Shown here: one piece after another, positions 16,777 to 27,281 of the stretch
How positions within the stretch are numbered: position 1 is the first letter of the stretch
How the letters are laid out: every line of letters starts with the position of its first letter
Origin: a bacterium
Lineage (GTDB): Bacteria > RBG-13-61-14 > DATKZS01
DNA length: 64,000 bases
Assembly (NCBI GenBank): GCA_963674965.2
Contig: CAXXFL010000007.1
Location: 352,001 to 416,000, forward strand
Direction: 5' to 3'
Notes under the pieces: generated by a model
The model's input: only the letters and a program-made list of their open reading frames with translations
Database searches by the model: none
What the model was told of the DNA's origin: nothing
Translations under genes and position numbers: made by a program

Positions 16777-18870
16777 TTATACTTCCTCGTCCTCGACCAT
16801 CTTGGACTCGGCCACGATTTTTTCCTGGATGTTGGCCGGGACTTCCTCGTAGTGATCGAACTCCATGGTGAACATGCCGCGGCCCGAGGTGATCGAGTCC
16901 AGGTCCGGGGAGTACCTCAGCATCTCGGCCAGGGGCACGTTGGCCTTAATGATCTGGTTGGCCCCGACCGAGTCGGTGCCCAAAAGCCTTCCGCGCCTTC
17001 TGTTCAGGTCTCCTATCACGTCTCCGGCGCTATCGGAGGGGACGGTGACCTCGGAGAGCATGATGGGCTCGAGGAGGGTGGGGCTGGCCTGCTCGGCTCC
17101 GTTCTTGAAGCCCAGTGACCCCGCTATCTGGAAGGCCATGTCCGAGCTGTCCACGTCGTGGTACTTACCGTCGTAAAGCTTGACCTTGACGTATTTGACC
17201 GGGTAACCGGCCAGAACGCCCTTTTTCATGCGGTCGATAACGCCCTTCTCGACCGATGGGATGTAGGTGTTGGGGATGGCCCCGCCCTTGATGGCGTCCT
17301 CGAACTCGAACTCGACTCCGGCCGAGATATCCAGAGGCGACAGCTCGATCCAGCACCATCCGTACTGGCCCCTGCCGCCGGCCTGTTTCCTGTATTTGCC
17401 CTCGGCCTTCACGGTCTTCCGTATGGTCTCGAGGTAGGGCACCTTGGGAGCGGACAGGTTGACCTCGACCCCCGACTTGCGCTTCATCTTCTCGAGGGTG
17501 GTCTCGATATGGACCTGGCCCATGCCCTCGATGATGAACTCGCCCGTCTGCTCGTCGCGGCGCACGTTAAGGGTGACGTCCTCCTCGAGGAGTCTGTTGA
17601 GGGCGGTCATGAGCTTGTCCTCATCTCCCTTGCTCTTGGGGGTGAGGGCGAAGCTGATGACGGGCGAGGCCTTGGGCAGGGCGGAAAGCTGGAACCCGTC
17701 CGCCTCCGCCGAGAGGGTGTCGCCCGTGGTGGTTTCCTTGAGCTTGGCCACGGCCACGATATCGCCCACCCCCGCGGGGTTGATCGACTCCGTGTTCTCG
17801 CCCGTGATCATTAGAAGCTGCCCAATCCTCTCCTTGCTCTCCTTGGTCGAGTTGAACACGTTCGAGTCGCCGTGAAGCTTGCCGGACATGATCCTCATGA
17901 CCGAGAGCTTGCCCCGGAAGGGATCGGAGATGGTCTTGAAAACCAGGGCCGAAAAAGGCGCGTCCTCCGCGCTCGCCCGCTCGGTCTCTTTGCCGTCCTT
18001 GTCCACGCCCTTGGCCGGGGCCCTGTCCAGGGGCGAGGGGCCGGCGTTGGCGATGACGTCGAGCAGGGGCTTGATCCCCACGTTGCGGATGGAGGAGCCC
18101 GTGAGCACGGGCACGATGGACCCGGACTTGACTCCCTCCCTGAGGGCGTCGGTGATCTCCTGGGGGCTGATTTCCTGCTCCTCCAGGTACTTCTCGAGAA
18201 GCTCGTCGTTGGACTCCGCCACCGCCTCCACCAACTGGCGCCGGGCGTCCTCCGCCGCCTCGGCCATGTCCGCCGGGACGTCCTGCTCGTTATATTTACC
18301 CGAGCCGTCCATTTCGTAGACCAGGGCCTTCATTTTAAGGAGGTCCACCACGCCCTTGAAGGCGGACTCGAGACCGATGGGGATAGTTATGGGGCAGGGC
18401 TGGACCCCCAGCACGGTCTGGATGTTCGAGAGGGTCTCCTCGAAGTTGGCCCGCTCCCTGTCCACTTTCGAGACGAAAATGAACCTGGCCTGAAGGCAGT
18501 CCTCACTCTCTTTCCACAGCTTGTCCGTCAGCACCTTGACCCCGTCGATGGCGTCAACCACGAACATGCCTATGTCCACGGCCCTGGTGGCGTTCCTGGC
18601 CTCGGCCACGAAGTTGGGATCGCCGGGAGTGTCGATCACCTCGAAGAGGCACTTGGCGTGCTCGAAGTGACAAAAGCCGGTGCTTACCGAGCTGACGCGC
18701 TTTTTTTCCTCGGGCTCGAAGTCGAGCACCGAGGTCCCCTCGTCAACCTTTCCCAGCCTCGTCACGGCGCCGGAAGAAAAAAGCATCGCCTCGGCGAGGG
18801 ACGTTTTACCCGCTCCACCGTGAGCGAAAAGTCCCACCGTCCGCACGTTACCACGCTCGAATTCCTTCAT
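16777..18870 (-). CDS. fusA2: Elongation factor G paralogue (EF-G2/FusA2-like)
   Basis: Full EF-G domain order; divergent G motifs AHGGAGKTS, RVSSV, DTPGD, SKVD; KQAGGRGQYG and YHDVDSS; not in an rpsL-rpsG-tuf context. Confidence 0.88.
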   Translation of the reverse strand: MKEFERGNVRTVGLFAHGGAGKTSLAEAMLFSSGAVTRLGKVDEGTSVLDFEPEEKKRVSSVSTGFCHFEHAKCLFEVIDTPGDPNFVAEARNATRAVDIGMFVVDAIDGVKVLTDKLWKESEDCLQARFIFVSKVDRERANFEETLSNIQTVLGVQPCPITIPIGLESAFKGVVDLLKMKALVYEMDGSGKYNEQDVPADMAEAAEDARRQLVEAVAESNDELLEKYLEEQEISPQEITDALREGVKSGSIVPVLTGSSIRNVGIKPLLDVIANAGPSPLDRAPAKGVDKDGKETERASAEDAPFSALVFKTISDPFRGKLSVMRIMSGKLHGDSNVFNSTKESKERIGQLLMITGENTESINPAGVGDIVAVAKLKETTTGDTLSAEADGFQLSALPKASPVISFALTPKSKGDEDKLMTALNRLLEEDVTLNVRRDEQTGEFIIEGMGQVHIETTLEKMKRKSGVEVNLSAPKVPYLETIRKTVKAEGKYRKQAGGRGQYGWCWIELSPLDISAGVEFEFEDAIKGGAIPNTYIPSVEKGVIDRMKKGVLAGYPVKYVKVKLYDGKYHDVDSSDMAFQIAGSLGFKNGAEQASPTLLEPIMLSEVTVPSDSAGDVIGDLNRRRGRLLGTDSVGANQIIKANVPLAEMLRYSPDLDSITSGRGMFTMEFDHYEEVPANIQEKIVAESKMVEDEEV

Positions 18871-19021
18871 ATCTTGAAGCTCCTTTTTGGAAATTGCCGA
18901 TTCGCTGAAATTTTTATATTAAATCTCCCCTCCCCCGGTGTCAACCGGGAAGAAGAAAAATGAAGGCGAGGTCCCTTTCAGCCGGGCCTTGCTTAATGCG
19001 TTCTCACTCGATCGAGGAAAA

Positions 19022-20337
19022 TCAGACGCTGACGTTGATCGCCACCAGCCGCCAAGTGGACCGCTCGTAGATGTATTTCAACGTGAATTCCACCGTGTAA
19101 ATCGAGGCTCGACAGTTCCCTTGCAGCGTCAGCCACCCGTTTTCGTCCAAGCCCGCGGGCTCGGTAAAAACCGGCGTCGCCGACTCCACTCCCCCAGATC
19201 AATCTTCTTGTCGATAAACTCCTGGAAGATATCCTCGAGCGTCCAGGGACTTATCTGGGCTTTCCAGGTGTTGGAAATTCCCTGGTAAAAGGACTCGAAG
19301 CTTCCGCTGGTAATGGCTCGGTTAAAGGCCGTAAGGTCCCGGGCGACCATTTTTTCCATCTCGGCGCGGCTAGGCATTGGCCCGCCCATTTCCGCCGACT
19401 TGTCCGCCGGATTCACGTTTATGGCCACCAGCTTCCACTTCTCATCCTCATAAGCGTATTTAAACTGGGCCATCACCTTGTAAATAGGCGTAACGAAATG
19501 GCATCTTACGCGCAGCCATCCGTCCTCGTCCATGTAAGGCTCCTCGTCGAGGACCGGCTCGGCCGTACCCATGCCCGTGAAATCCACGCCGTGATCGATA
19601 AAGCTTTGGAATATCGCTTTAAGCTGGGCGGGAGAGGTCTCCCTTTGCCAAAGGTTGGCCGTGTTTTGAAAAAACTCCGTGAAGTCCCTTGCGGCCATGG
19701 CCTTCTCGAACAAAAGAGCGCTCTGCCTGGCCATCCGCTTTATCTCCATTTCATCGGGCAGATAACCTTCCCCGGACTCACCCACCGGCACGGCGTGAAT
19801 ACCGAAATAGGTGAGCTTCCATCTTCCCTCTTCCGCCGCGTATTGAAGGTCGAACTTGACCTTGTAGTCTGGAGTAGGGAAATAGCCCTCCAATGAAAGC
19901 CTGTCCCCGTCCGCGAGATAGGGGTCGCGCGTGAAACTGGCCGCCGCGCCGGAAACGCCTGTAAGGTCCATTTTTTTCTCCATAAACTCCTTAAACGCGT
20001 TCTCCAGATCGGCGGCGGAGGTCCGGGCTTTCCAGGCGTCGGAAATCCCCGCGTAAAACATGGAGAAATTCCCGGCGTTGACGGCGCTCGCGAAGCTCAT
20101 GACGCTCATCCGGGCCAGGACCTCGGCTTCCTCGGTCGTCGGGACCCGGCCCGGGTCGGCGGGAATTGAAACGGAATCGCTAATATCCACCGGCGTGGCG
20201 GCCGCGGTAGTGGTCACTTCCGCTTCCCTCATGTAATAAAAATACCCTATGCCCGCGGCCCCTCCCACAAGGCCGATCAGAGCGACGACCGCTATCCCAA
20301 TTATCGCCGCGATAATGCATCCCGATTTATTATCCAA
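19022..20337 (-). pseudogene. Membrane-anchored protein with three tandem approximately 130-aa repeats, frameshifted in repeat 3 (or a sequencing indel)
   Basis: ORF 19129-20337 loses repeat similarity after DKKIDLG; adding one G to the G5 run (19191-19195) restores GGVESATPVFTEPAGLDENGWLTLQG...KYIYERSTWRLVAINVSV ending at TGA 19022-19024. Confidence 0.8.
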
Positions 20338-20469
20338 GTTCCCGTCCTCCCTGATAATCTTATATCTAATGGGAAGTATAGCACGGTCGGGGCTTCATTC
20401 ATTATTTTCGGCTCGCGTGATATCATGTCCACGTCCGATGGAAAAAACTTTATCGCGGGAGATGATCGC

Positions 20470-20982
20470 ATGCCTTCATTCGACGACTGGAGCAGGGAAG
20501 ACCTTATAAAGCTTATCGAGATTCACGCCAAGAACTGGCTCGCCCACGACGGCTGCTGGTTCCTGGCGGCTGAGAAGACCCACGGTCTGGAGGCGGCCAT
20601 CCGGCTGGACGAGCTTTCGTGGGAGAAGTTCACGGTGGTTGAGGCCCGCCGGATCATGGAGACCTTCTCGATCCAGGAGGGAGGAGGTCTCGATTCTCTG
20701 GCCAGGGCCCTGGAGTACCGGCTTTACGCCACTATCAACGTCCAGGAGATCGAGCGTCCATCCCCGGACAAGCTGATCTTCACCATGGTGGACTGCCGGG
20801 TGCAAACGGCCAGGAGGAGGAAGAAGCTTGCCGACTTCCCCTGCAAGTCGGTGGGAATTATCGAATACTCCGGTTTCGCTCGGACGATCGACCCCAGGAT
20901 CGAGACGCGCTGCCTGCACTGCCCGCCCGACGAGGGGGACAAGTCCATAGGATGCCGCTGGGAATTTACCCTTTCCGGCTGA
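20470..20982 (+). CDS. DUF6125 family protein (possible upstream start at 20425)
   Basis: KNWLAHDGCWF, CRVQ.AR.RK...FPCK.VG, CLHCPP...CRWEF. Confidence 0.75.
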   Translation: MPSFDDWSREDLIKLIEIHAKNWLAHDGCWFLAAEKTHGLEAAIRLDELSWEKFTVVEARRIMETFSIQEGGGLDSLARALEYRLYATINVQEIERPSPDKLIFTMVDCRVQTARRRKKLADFPCKSVGIIEYSGFARTIDPRIETRCLHCPPDEGDKSIGCRWEFTLSG

Positions 20983-20991
20983 GGCCCGGGA

Positions 20992-21624
20992 TTAAATCCA
21001 TTTCAGCCCGAAGGCGAAAAGGAGAAACAAAAAGGCGTCCACGCCGAGGATGGCCGACACGGCGATGATTTTATTCTTCATCTTCTCCATGTCGTGAACG
21101 AAGAAGGCGGCGGCCATGAAGGGCATGTAGCCCACCACCACTATGGGCAAGACAAAGGGGAAATTCCACCACCAGTAGTCCCAGACCAGGGCGTCGGCCC
21201 GGTTGAGTATGACCTCGATGGCGACGCACATAATGGAGTTGACCACTATCAGGAAGGGCCGGTTTGGAATCCCGAGTATTTTGGTCTTTTTATCCTTGGG
21301 CAGGGTCTTGAGGAAAGAGGGGCCCAGAACGGCGAACATGAGGCATATCTCGATATTGAGACCGCACAAAATAAGATAAGCCGTTTTGCCGGGCGCGAGC
21401 CAGCAGGCGGAGTATCGGGTGAAATGGAGCACGAGGCCGTTCCATATCTCGTTGAACCAATCCATGCCCCAGAAGGCCAGTCCGCCCAGGACGACGCTCC
21501 AGTTCCTTTTTCCGATCTCGGCTGAGTATATATAAAAGACGATCACGAAAATGGGTATGACGTACCATTGGAAAAGGGACGGGTCCCTGAGGATAGCGAG
21601 GGACTGTTTGGCCGACTCGGTCAT
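20992..21624 (-). CDS. Conserved hypothetical polytopic membrane protein
   Basis: About 6-7 hydrophobic helices; GMDWFNEIWN and GLNIEI polar intramembrane motifs; SD AAGGAGGAG. Confidence 0.75.
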   Translation of the reverse strand: MTESAKQSLAILRDPSLFQWYVIPIFVIVFYIYSAEIGKRNWSVVLGGLAFWGMDWFNEIWNGLVLHFTRYSACWLAPGKTAYLILCGLNIEICLMFAVLGPSFLKTLPKDKKTKILGIPNRPFLIVVNSIMCVAIEVILNRADALVWDYWWWNFPFVLPIVVVGYMPFMAAAFFVHDMEKMKNKIIAVSAILGVDAFLFLLFAFGLKWI

Positions 21625-21659
21625 GACGTAACTCCTCCTTGCTTCATCGGGCGGCGTCT

Positions 21660-23069
21660 TTAGAAATCGTCTTCCCCGTAGTCCTCGGTCTCCTCTTCCT
21701 GGGCAATGCCCAGTTTTTCCATCCTATAGCGCAGCGACCGAAAGGAAAGGCCCAAGAGCTTGGCCGCCTTGTTTTTGACGTTCCTGGATCTGCGCAGGGC
21801 CTCCTCGATGTATTCTCTTTCCATGCCGGCCAGCAAGAGGTCGAGGTCGACGCCTTCCTCGGGGAATTCCAGGCCCGCGAAGTCGCCGCAAAAGCCGCCG
21901 CCGGTCTTGATTCTCTCCGGCAGGTTCTCCGCCGCTATGGTCTCGGCGGTGGTCAGGCTCACGGCCCTCTCGATGGCGTTCTCCAGTTCCCTCACGTTTC
22001 CGGGCCATTTGTATTCCACCAGCAGCCGCTCGGCCTCGGGGGAAATATCGATAACTTTTTTTCCTATCTCGGCGGCAAACCTCTTGATGAAATGTCGGAC
22101 CAGCATGGGGATATCCTCTTGCCTGTCCCGGAGAGGAGGCATACGGAGCATGATCACGTTCAACCTGTAATAAAGGTCCTCCCGGAACTCGCCCGTCCGG
22201 ATGGCCTTTTCCATGTCCCGGTTGCTGGCGGCGATGACCCGCGCGTCCACGTTCACGTCCTCGACGCCGCCAATGGGCTTGAAGGCCTTTTCCTGAATGG
22301 CTCGGAGCAATTTGACCTGTATGGACAGGGGCGTGTCTCCAATCTCGTCCAGAAAGATAGTCCCTTTGTGGGCGACCTCGAAGAGCCCGCGCTTGTCGTT
22401 GTAGGCCCCCGTGAACGATCCCTTTTTATGCCCGAAAAGCTCGCTCTCGAGCAGCTCGGAAGGTATGGCGCCGCAGTTGACGGTAACGAAAGGCTTGTCT
22501 CTTCTGGGGCTGTTATAGTGGACGGCCTTGGCCACGAGTTCCTTTCCCGTGCCCGATTCTCCCAAGAGAAGCACGTTCGACCTGGTGGGGGCGATTTTCC
22601 TGATGAGATCGAACATCTCCTTCATGGGTGGACTGGCGCCCACGATATTGTCGAACATATACTTATGCTCGACTTCCTTTTGGAGCCTTATATTGTCCCT
22701 TACAAGGTATACCTTCTCGAGGGCCTTGCTGACGATGAGCTTTATCTCGTCCACCTGGAAGGGCTTGGTGATGTAATCGTAGGCGCCCATTTTCATGGCC
22801 TCGACCGCGCTTTCGGTCGAGGCGAAGGCGGTTATCATTATCACCGGCGTCAAGGGGTTAACTTTTTTCGAGCTTTTAAGTACCTCCATGCCGTTTCCCT
22901 TCGGCATCATGACGTCACAGACAATGAGGTCGTACTCGGAGTTTTTTATCCTCTCGATGGCCTCCTCTCCGTTCTTGACGGTCTCGACCGCGTAGCCTTC
23001 CTTTTGCAGGAGTATTTCCAGAAACTCCCGCATGCTCAGTTCGTCATCGGCGACTAAAATCCTTTCCAA
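21660..23069 (-). CDS. pilR: Sigma54-dependent response regulator PilR
   Basis: REC domain, GESGTGKE, GSFTGA, FLDEIG, Fis HTH; follows pilS. Confidence 0.88.
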   Translation of the reverse strand: MERILVADDELSMREFLEILLQKEGYAVETVKNGEEAIERIKNSEYDLIVCDVMMPKGNGMEVLKSSKKVNPLTPVIMITAFASTESAVEAMKMGAYDYITKPFQVDEIKLIVSKALEKVYLVRDNIRLQKEVEHKYMFDNIVGASPPMKEMFDLIRKIAPTRSNVLLLGESGTGKELVAKAVHYNSPRRDKPFVTVNCGAIPSELLESELFGHKKGSFTGAYNDKRGLFEVAHKGTIFLDEIGDTPLSIQVKLLRAIQEKAFKPIGGVEDVNVDARVIAASNRDMEKAIRTGEFREDLYYRLNVIMLRMPPLRDRQEDIPMLVRHFIKRFAAEIGKKVIDISPEAERLLVEYKWPGNVRELENAIERAVSLTTAETIAAENLPERIKTGGGFCGDFAGLEFPEEGVDLDLLLAGMEREYIEEALRRSRNVKNKAAKLLGLSFRSLRYRMEKLGIAQEEETEDYGEDDF

Positions 23070-23113
23070 TCCCGCTCCTCCTTGGCCTATCCTATCTGGT
23101 TAGCGCTCGTGTT

Positions 23114-24865
23114 TCAATCCTGGACTCCCCGGTCCGCGGCGAGATTTTTCGGTATTTCGACAATGAACCTCGCCCCCCCCCGGCTTCCTTCCTCTACCGT
23201 TATCTGTCCCTCCAGGGCCTCGACCACGCGATAGACCACGCTAAGTCCCAGTCCGGTCCCGCCGTCCCTCGTGGTGAAGAAAGGATCGAAGATTTTATCC
23301 TTGTTTTCGGGCGGGATACCCGGTCCATTGTCCTCGATCTCGAGCCGGACCATCTCTTTTTTCTCCTGATTTGTATTTATCCCCTCCAGTTCATCTTCCT
23401 TCATGAAGGAGGAGGCCCGCAAAAAAAGGTCGCCGCCCTCGGGCATGACCTGCACGGCGTTGTTCACGATATTCCACACGATCTGTTCCAGGAGCTTGGG
23501 GTCGGTCCGGACCACCAGGCCGGCCTCGACCTCCATGCCGCACTCGATATATTGAGGCACGTCCTTCCTGTTCTTGTAAACGTCCATGATCTCGAGCAGC
23601 AGGCCGCCCAGGTCCACGTTCTCGATGGTTTTGGGCGAAGGCCGCGCGAAAAGCAAAAAGTCCGTTATCAAACCGTCAAGCCTGTAAGTTTCCCGCAGCA
23701 CGATTCCCATCAGCCTGGCGCTGGTATCGTCCAGGCTGAGGTCGTGGGACAGCATCTGTATGGAGCCGCTCATCGAGGCCAGCGGGTTCCTGATCTCGTG
23801 AGCGATGCCGGCCGCCAGTTGTCCGACGGCCGCTAGTTTGTCCGTCCTTCTAAGTCTTTCCTCCATCTCGCGCAGGTCCGTGATGTCGTTGAGAATCACC
23901 AGGGTACCCAGCCTTTCTTTATCGGCGCCTCGCAACATGGAAAGACGAAACTCGAGGTATTTCTTTTTCCCGCCGGGGTCTATCCAGACGGCGTCGTTTC
24001 TGCTTGGAAGCCAATCGGAGTCGGAAGGAGAGTGCTTCATGAACTCATCGGCGTCCACAAAAAGCTCGGCGATTTTCTTGCCTCGGGCCTTTTGCCCTCC
24101 GATCCCGGTGATGGCCTCGGCGGCGGCGTTGAAAGAAGTCACTCGATCGTCAAGATCAAGAGTAATTATTCCGGACGAGAGCGAGCGCACGATGTTGTCG
24201 TTGAACGCCTCGAGCACGTCGCGGTCCCGGAGGGTCTCCTTGAGTTCTACTCCCGTGACCCGGAGCTTCTCCGTCAGATAACTGGTAAGGACGGCCATGC
24301 CGAACATGGCCGCGAGGTTGATAAAAAAGTTATATAAGGTGGTCCTGCCGCCCGGTTCGTACTCCCTCAAAAGATCGGGGAACCAACCCAGTTCCAGTCC
24401 AGCCAACAGCAACCCGTAGGCCAGGCTTCCAAGGGTCGCGGCCAGAAAAGCCCCCTTCCTGTATTGGAGTATCCCGCCCACGATAATCATGATCAGGTAA
24501 AGAAAAGAAAAGATGGACTCGAATTTCCCCGTGGTTATGTAAATAAGGGCGGTAACGAAAATGGTTTCCCAGGCTATATGGAAATAGGAGATGAAGTTAA
24601 GGCGCCGCGTCCATCTGAGGAGCAGCGCCGAGCCAAGGGTGATAAAATAGGTCGTTCCAGTAAGGAAATAAAGGGCCAACAGGGGAAGGGTGTAAAAGGT
24701 CTGGGACCTGGTAACGTGAATCACGATGGTCGCGGCGAGCAGGAAAGTGACCAGAATGACCCGCAACAATAGAGAAAGCTGCAGCCGCCGGTATAGTTCC
24801 TCCCCGGCGGCCGCTTTTTCGCGGGCCATCGGCTCGACGGCCCAGTCGATCTTTCTCTTCGTCAC
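23114..24865 (-). CDS. pilS: Sensor histidine kinase PilS
   Basis: Six TM helices, PAS, AHEIRNPL H-box, DNGPG and GTGLGL. Confidence 0.88.
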   Translation of the reverse strand: MTKRKIDWAVEPMAREKAAAGEELYRRLQLSLLLRVILVTFLLAATIVIHVTRSQTFYTLPLLALYFLTGTTYFITLGSALLLRWTRRLNFISYFHIAWETIFVTALIYITTGKFESIFSFLYLIMIIVGGILQYRKGAFLAATLGSLAYGLLLAGLELGWFPDLLREYEPGGRTTLYNFFINLAAMFGMAVLTSYLTEKLRVTGVELKETLRDRDVLEAFNDNIVRSLSSGIITLDLDDRVTSFNAAAEAITGIGGQKARGKKIAELFVDADEFMKHSPSDSDWLPSRNDAVWIDPGGKKKYLEFRLSMLRGADKERLGTLVILNDITDLREMEERLRRTDKLAAVGQLAAGIAHEIRNPLASMSGSIQMLSHDLSLDDTSARLMGIVLRETYRLDGLITDFLLFARPSPKTIENVDLGGLLLEIMDVYKNRKDVPQYIECGMEVEAGLVVRTDPKLLEQIVWNIVNNAVQVMPEGGDLFLRASSFMKEDELEGINTNQEKKEMVRLEIEDNGPGIPPENKDKIFDPFFTTRDGGTGLGLSVVYRVVEALEGQITVEEGSRGGARFIVEIPKNLAADRGVQD

Positions 24866-26097
24866 GAGGAAGCGAACTTGCCCGCCATCGAGAATATCGG
24901 CAAGTACATGGCGATGGCCACGCCGCCGACGCTTACGCCCAGGAAGACCATGAGCAGAGGCTCGATCATCGAGGTCAGCGCCTCGACGGCGTCGTCCACC
25001 TCCTCCTCGTAGAAGTCGGCGATCTTGCCCAGCATGGTGTCCAGGGCCCCCGTTTGTTCTCCAACGCCTATCATCTGCGTAACCATGTGGGGAAAGACCT
25101 TGCTTTCCTTCATGGGATCGGACAGGGTCTTGCCCTCGGCGATGGCGCTTCTCACCTTCTGGAGTTCCTCCTCGACGACCATGTTGCCGGCGACCTTGGC
25201 CACGATCTCCAGGCCGTCCATAATGGGAACGCCCGAGCTTATCAAGGTGCCCAGGGTGCGCGAGAAGCCGGCCACCGTCGTTTTCCTGATCAGGTCTCCG
25301 ACAATAGGAATTTTAAGGAAAACGCTGTGGAAGAAATACTTCCCCTTGGGCTGGGAATTGATAAGGTAATAAGACACGATCAAAACGGCGACCGTGCCGA
25401 TGATGATGGCCCATCCGAATTTAATCACCAGCCAGTTGCTAAGGTCCACCACCAACTGGGTAAGGGTGGGCAGGGTGGCGCCCATGTCCTCGAACATCTT
25501 GGCGAAAGTCGGGATAACGAAGATAAGCAAAATGGCCACGACGGCTATGGCGACGGTCATAACGATCGACGGGTAAATCATGGCGCTTTTAATCTGCTTT
25601 TTGAGCCTGGCCGTTTTTTCCATCGATAAGGCCAGACGGTTCAGAATCGTGTCCAGGATACCGCCGATCTCGCCCGCCTTGACCATCTGCACGTAGAGGT
25701 CGTTGAAGACCTTGGGATACTTGGCCAGCGAATCGGCGAAGGTCTGGCCCGACTCGACGCTTTCCTTGACGCCGAAAAGCACCTTCTTGAAAGTCTTGTT
25801 CTCCTGTTCGGTGCCCAGAAGGTCCAGGCACTGGACCAGCGGCAGGCCGGCGTCGATCATGGTCGCGAACTGTCTGGTGAAAATTATAAGGTCCTTGTCG
25901 CCCACGCCCGGCTCCATGCCTGGAATGTTGAGTTCCATGTCCATGCTGAAGCCGGCCTTTTCCTTAACCGAACCCTCAAGGGGCGAGATGTCCTCGGACC
26001 GAAGCCTGGCGTAGACGGCGTCAACGCTGTTGGCCTCCATGACGCCGGTTTCAACCTTGCCGGCCCTCGTCCTTCCCTTCCACTCGAACTTTGGCAT
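24862..26097 (-). CDS. pilC: Type IV pilus inner-membrane platform protein PilC
   Basis: FTRQFATMIDAGLPL, GEIGGILD, GEQTGALD. Confidence 0.95.
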   Translation of the reverse strand: MPKFEWKGRTRAGKVETGVMEANSVDAVYARLRSEDISPLEGSVKEKAGFSMDMELNIPGMEPGVGDKDLIIFTRQFATMIDAGLPLVQCLDLLGTEQENKTFKKVLFGVKESVESGQTFADSLAKYPKVFNDLYVQMVKAGEIGGILDTILNRLALSMEKTARLKKQIKSAMIYPSIVMTVAIAVVAILLIFVIPTFAKMFEDMGATLPTLTQLVVDLSNWLVIKFGWAIIIGTVAVLIVSYYLINSQPKGKYFFHSVFLKIPIVGDLIRKTTVAGFSRTLGTLISSGVPIMDGLEIVAKVAGNMVVEEELQKVRSAIAEGKTLSDPMKESKVFPHMVTQMIGVGEQTGALDTMLGKIADFYEEEVDDAVEALTSMIEPLLMVFLGVSVGGVAIAMYLPIFSMAGKFASS

Positions 26098-26159
26098 TGT
26101 AAACCCCCTTAATTATCAACTCGCGGCGCGGCCCGGCGGCGGGCGGCGCGTCTGCCCGC

Positions 26160-27254
26160 TTACTTGGCGCCGGGAGCCTTGCCCGGCGTTCCTCCCCTCT
26201 CGATGATCTGCTTTAGCTCTTCCACGTCGGAACTCCTACCCAGCGCGTCCTCCAAGGTTATCAGCCGCTTGAAATAAAGGTTCGCCAACGACTGGTTGAA
26301 CGTGAGCATGCCGAACTTTTCCTGTCCAACCTGCATCGAGGAATATATCTGATGGATCCTGTCCTCACGGATCAGGTTCCTGATCGCCGGGTTGGGTACC
26401 ATGACCTCCAGGGCCAGCGCCCGGCCGTGGCCGCTGGCCTTGGGAATAAGGTTCTGACAAAGCACGCCCTCCAGAACGAAGGAAAGCTGGGCCCTGACCT
26501 GCGACTGCTGGTAGGACGGGAAAACGTCGATGATGCGGTTCATGGTCTGCACCGCCGAGTTGGTGTGAAGGGTGGCGAAGACCAAGTGGCCCGTTTCCGA
26601 GCAGACGAGGGCCGCCTCGATCGTCTCCAGGTCCCGCATCTCGCCGATGAGCACCACGTCCGGGTCCTGCCGCAGAATGTACTTGAGCGCCGTTTTGAAG
26701 CTCTTGGTGTCGGCGTTTACCTCCCTCTGGTTGACGATGCAGTTCTTGTGGGGATGGAGGTACTCGATGGGGTCCTCGATGGTTATTATGTGCTCGTGCC
26801 GGTCGGTGTTGATTTTGTCCAGAATGGCCGCCAGGGTCGTGGACTTGCCCGAGCCCGTGGGTCCAGTTATCAGCACCAGTCCCCGGGGTTTTTTCGCCAG
26901 CGCCTCGACGACCGGGGGAAGACCGAGCTCATGGAAACCCATTATCTTGAAGGGAATGGTACGGAAGGCCCCCGCCACGGCGCCCCTTTGCATGAAGATG
27001 TTGGACCTGAATCGGGATAAGCCCTTGACGCCGAAACTGAGGTCGAGCTCGCTGTTTTCCTCGAACCTGTGCTTCTGGCTGTCCGTTAAAATGGAATAGC
27101 AAAGCTGTTTGGTCTCCGGCGCGGTTAGCGGCGGCGACTTGAGAGGATTGAGACGCCCGTCGATCCTGAGCTGGGGCGCGGCGCCGGTGGTTATGTGGAG
27201 GTCCGAGGCCCCCTTCTCGATCATGGCCTTGAGCAACTGGTGAAGATTGGGCAT
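26160..27254 (-). CDS. pilT: Type IV pilus retraction ATPase PilT
   Basis: GPTGSGKSTT, EDPIE, LRQDPD, AIRNLIRE. Confidence 0.97.
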   Translation of the reverse strand: MPNLHQLLKAMIEKGASDLHITTGAAPQLRIDGRLNPLKSPPLTAPETKQLCYSILTDSQKHRFEENSELDLSFGVKGLSRFRSNIFMQRGAVAGAFRTIPFKIMGFHELGLPPVVEALAKKPRGLVLITGPTGSGKSTTLAAILDKINTDRHEHIITIEDPIEYLHPHKNCIVNQREVNADTKSFKTALKYILRQDPDVVLIGEMRDLETIEAALVCSETGHLVFATLHTNSAVQTMNRIIDVFPSYQQSQVRAQLSFVLEGVLCQNLIPKASGHGRALALEVMVPNPAIRNLIREDRIHQIYSSMQVGQEKFGMLTFNQSLANLYFKRLITLEDALGRSSDVEELKQIIERGGTPGKAPGAK

Positions 27255-27281
27255 GGCAGATACCTGGTTCCTTCCTTATTT

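Noticed and set aside
18993-19202. 69-aa ORF as a separate gene
   Set aside because: Wrong frame; the coding frame here is the frameshifted end of the three-repeat gene
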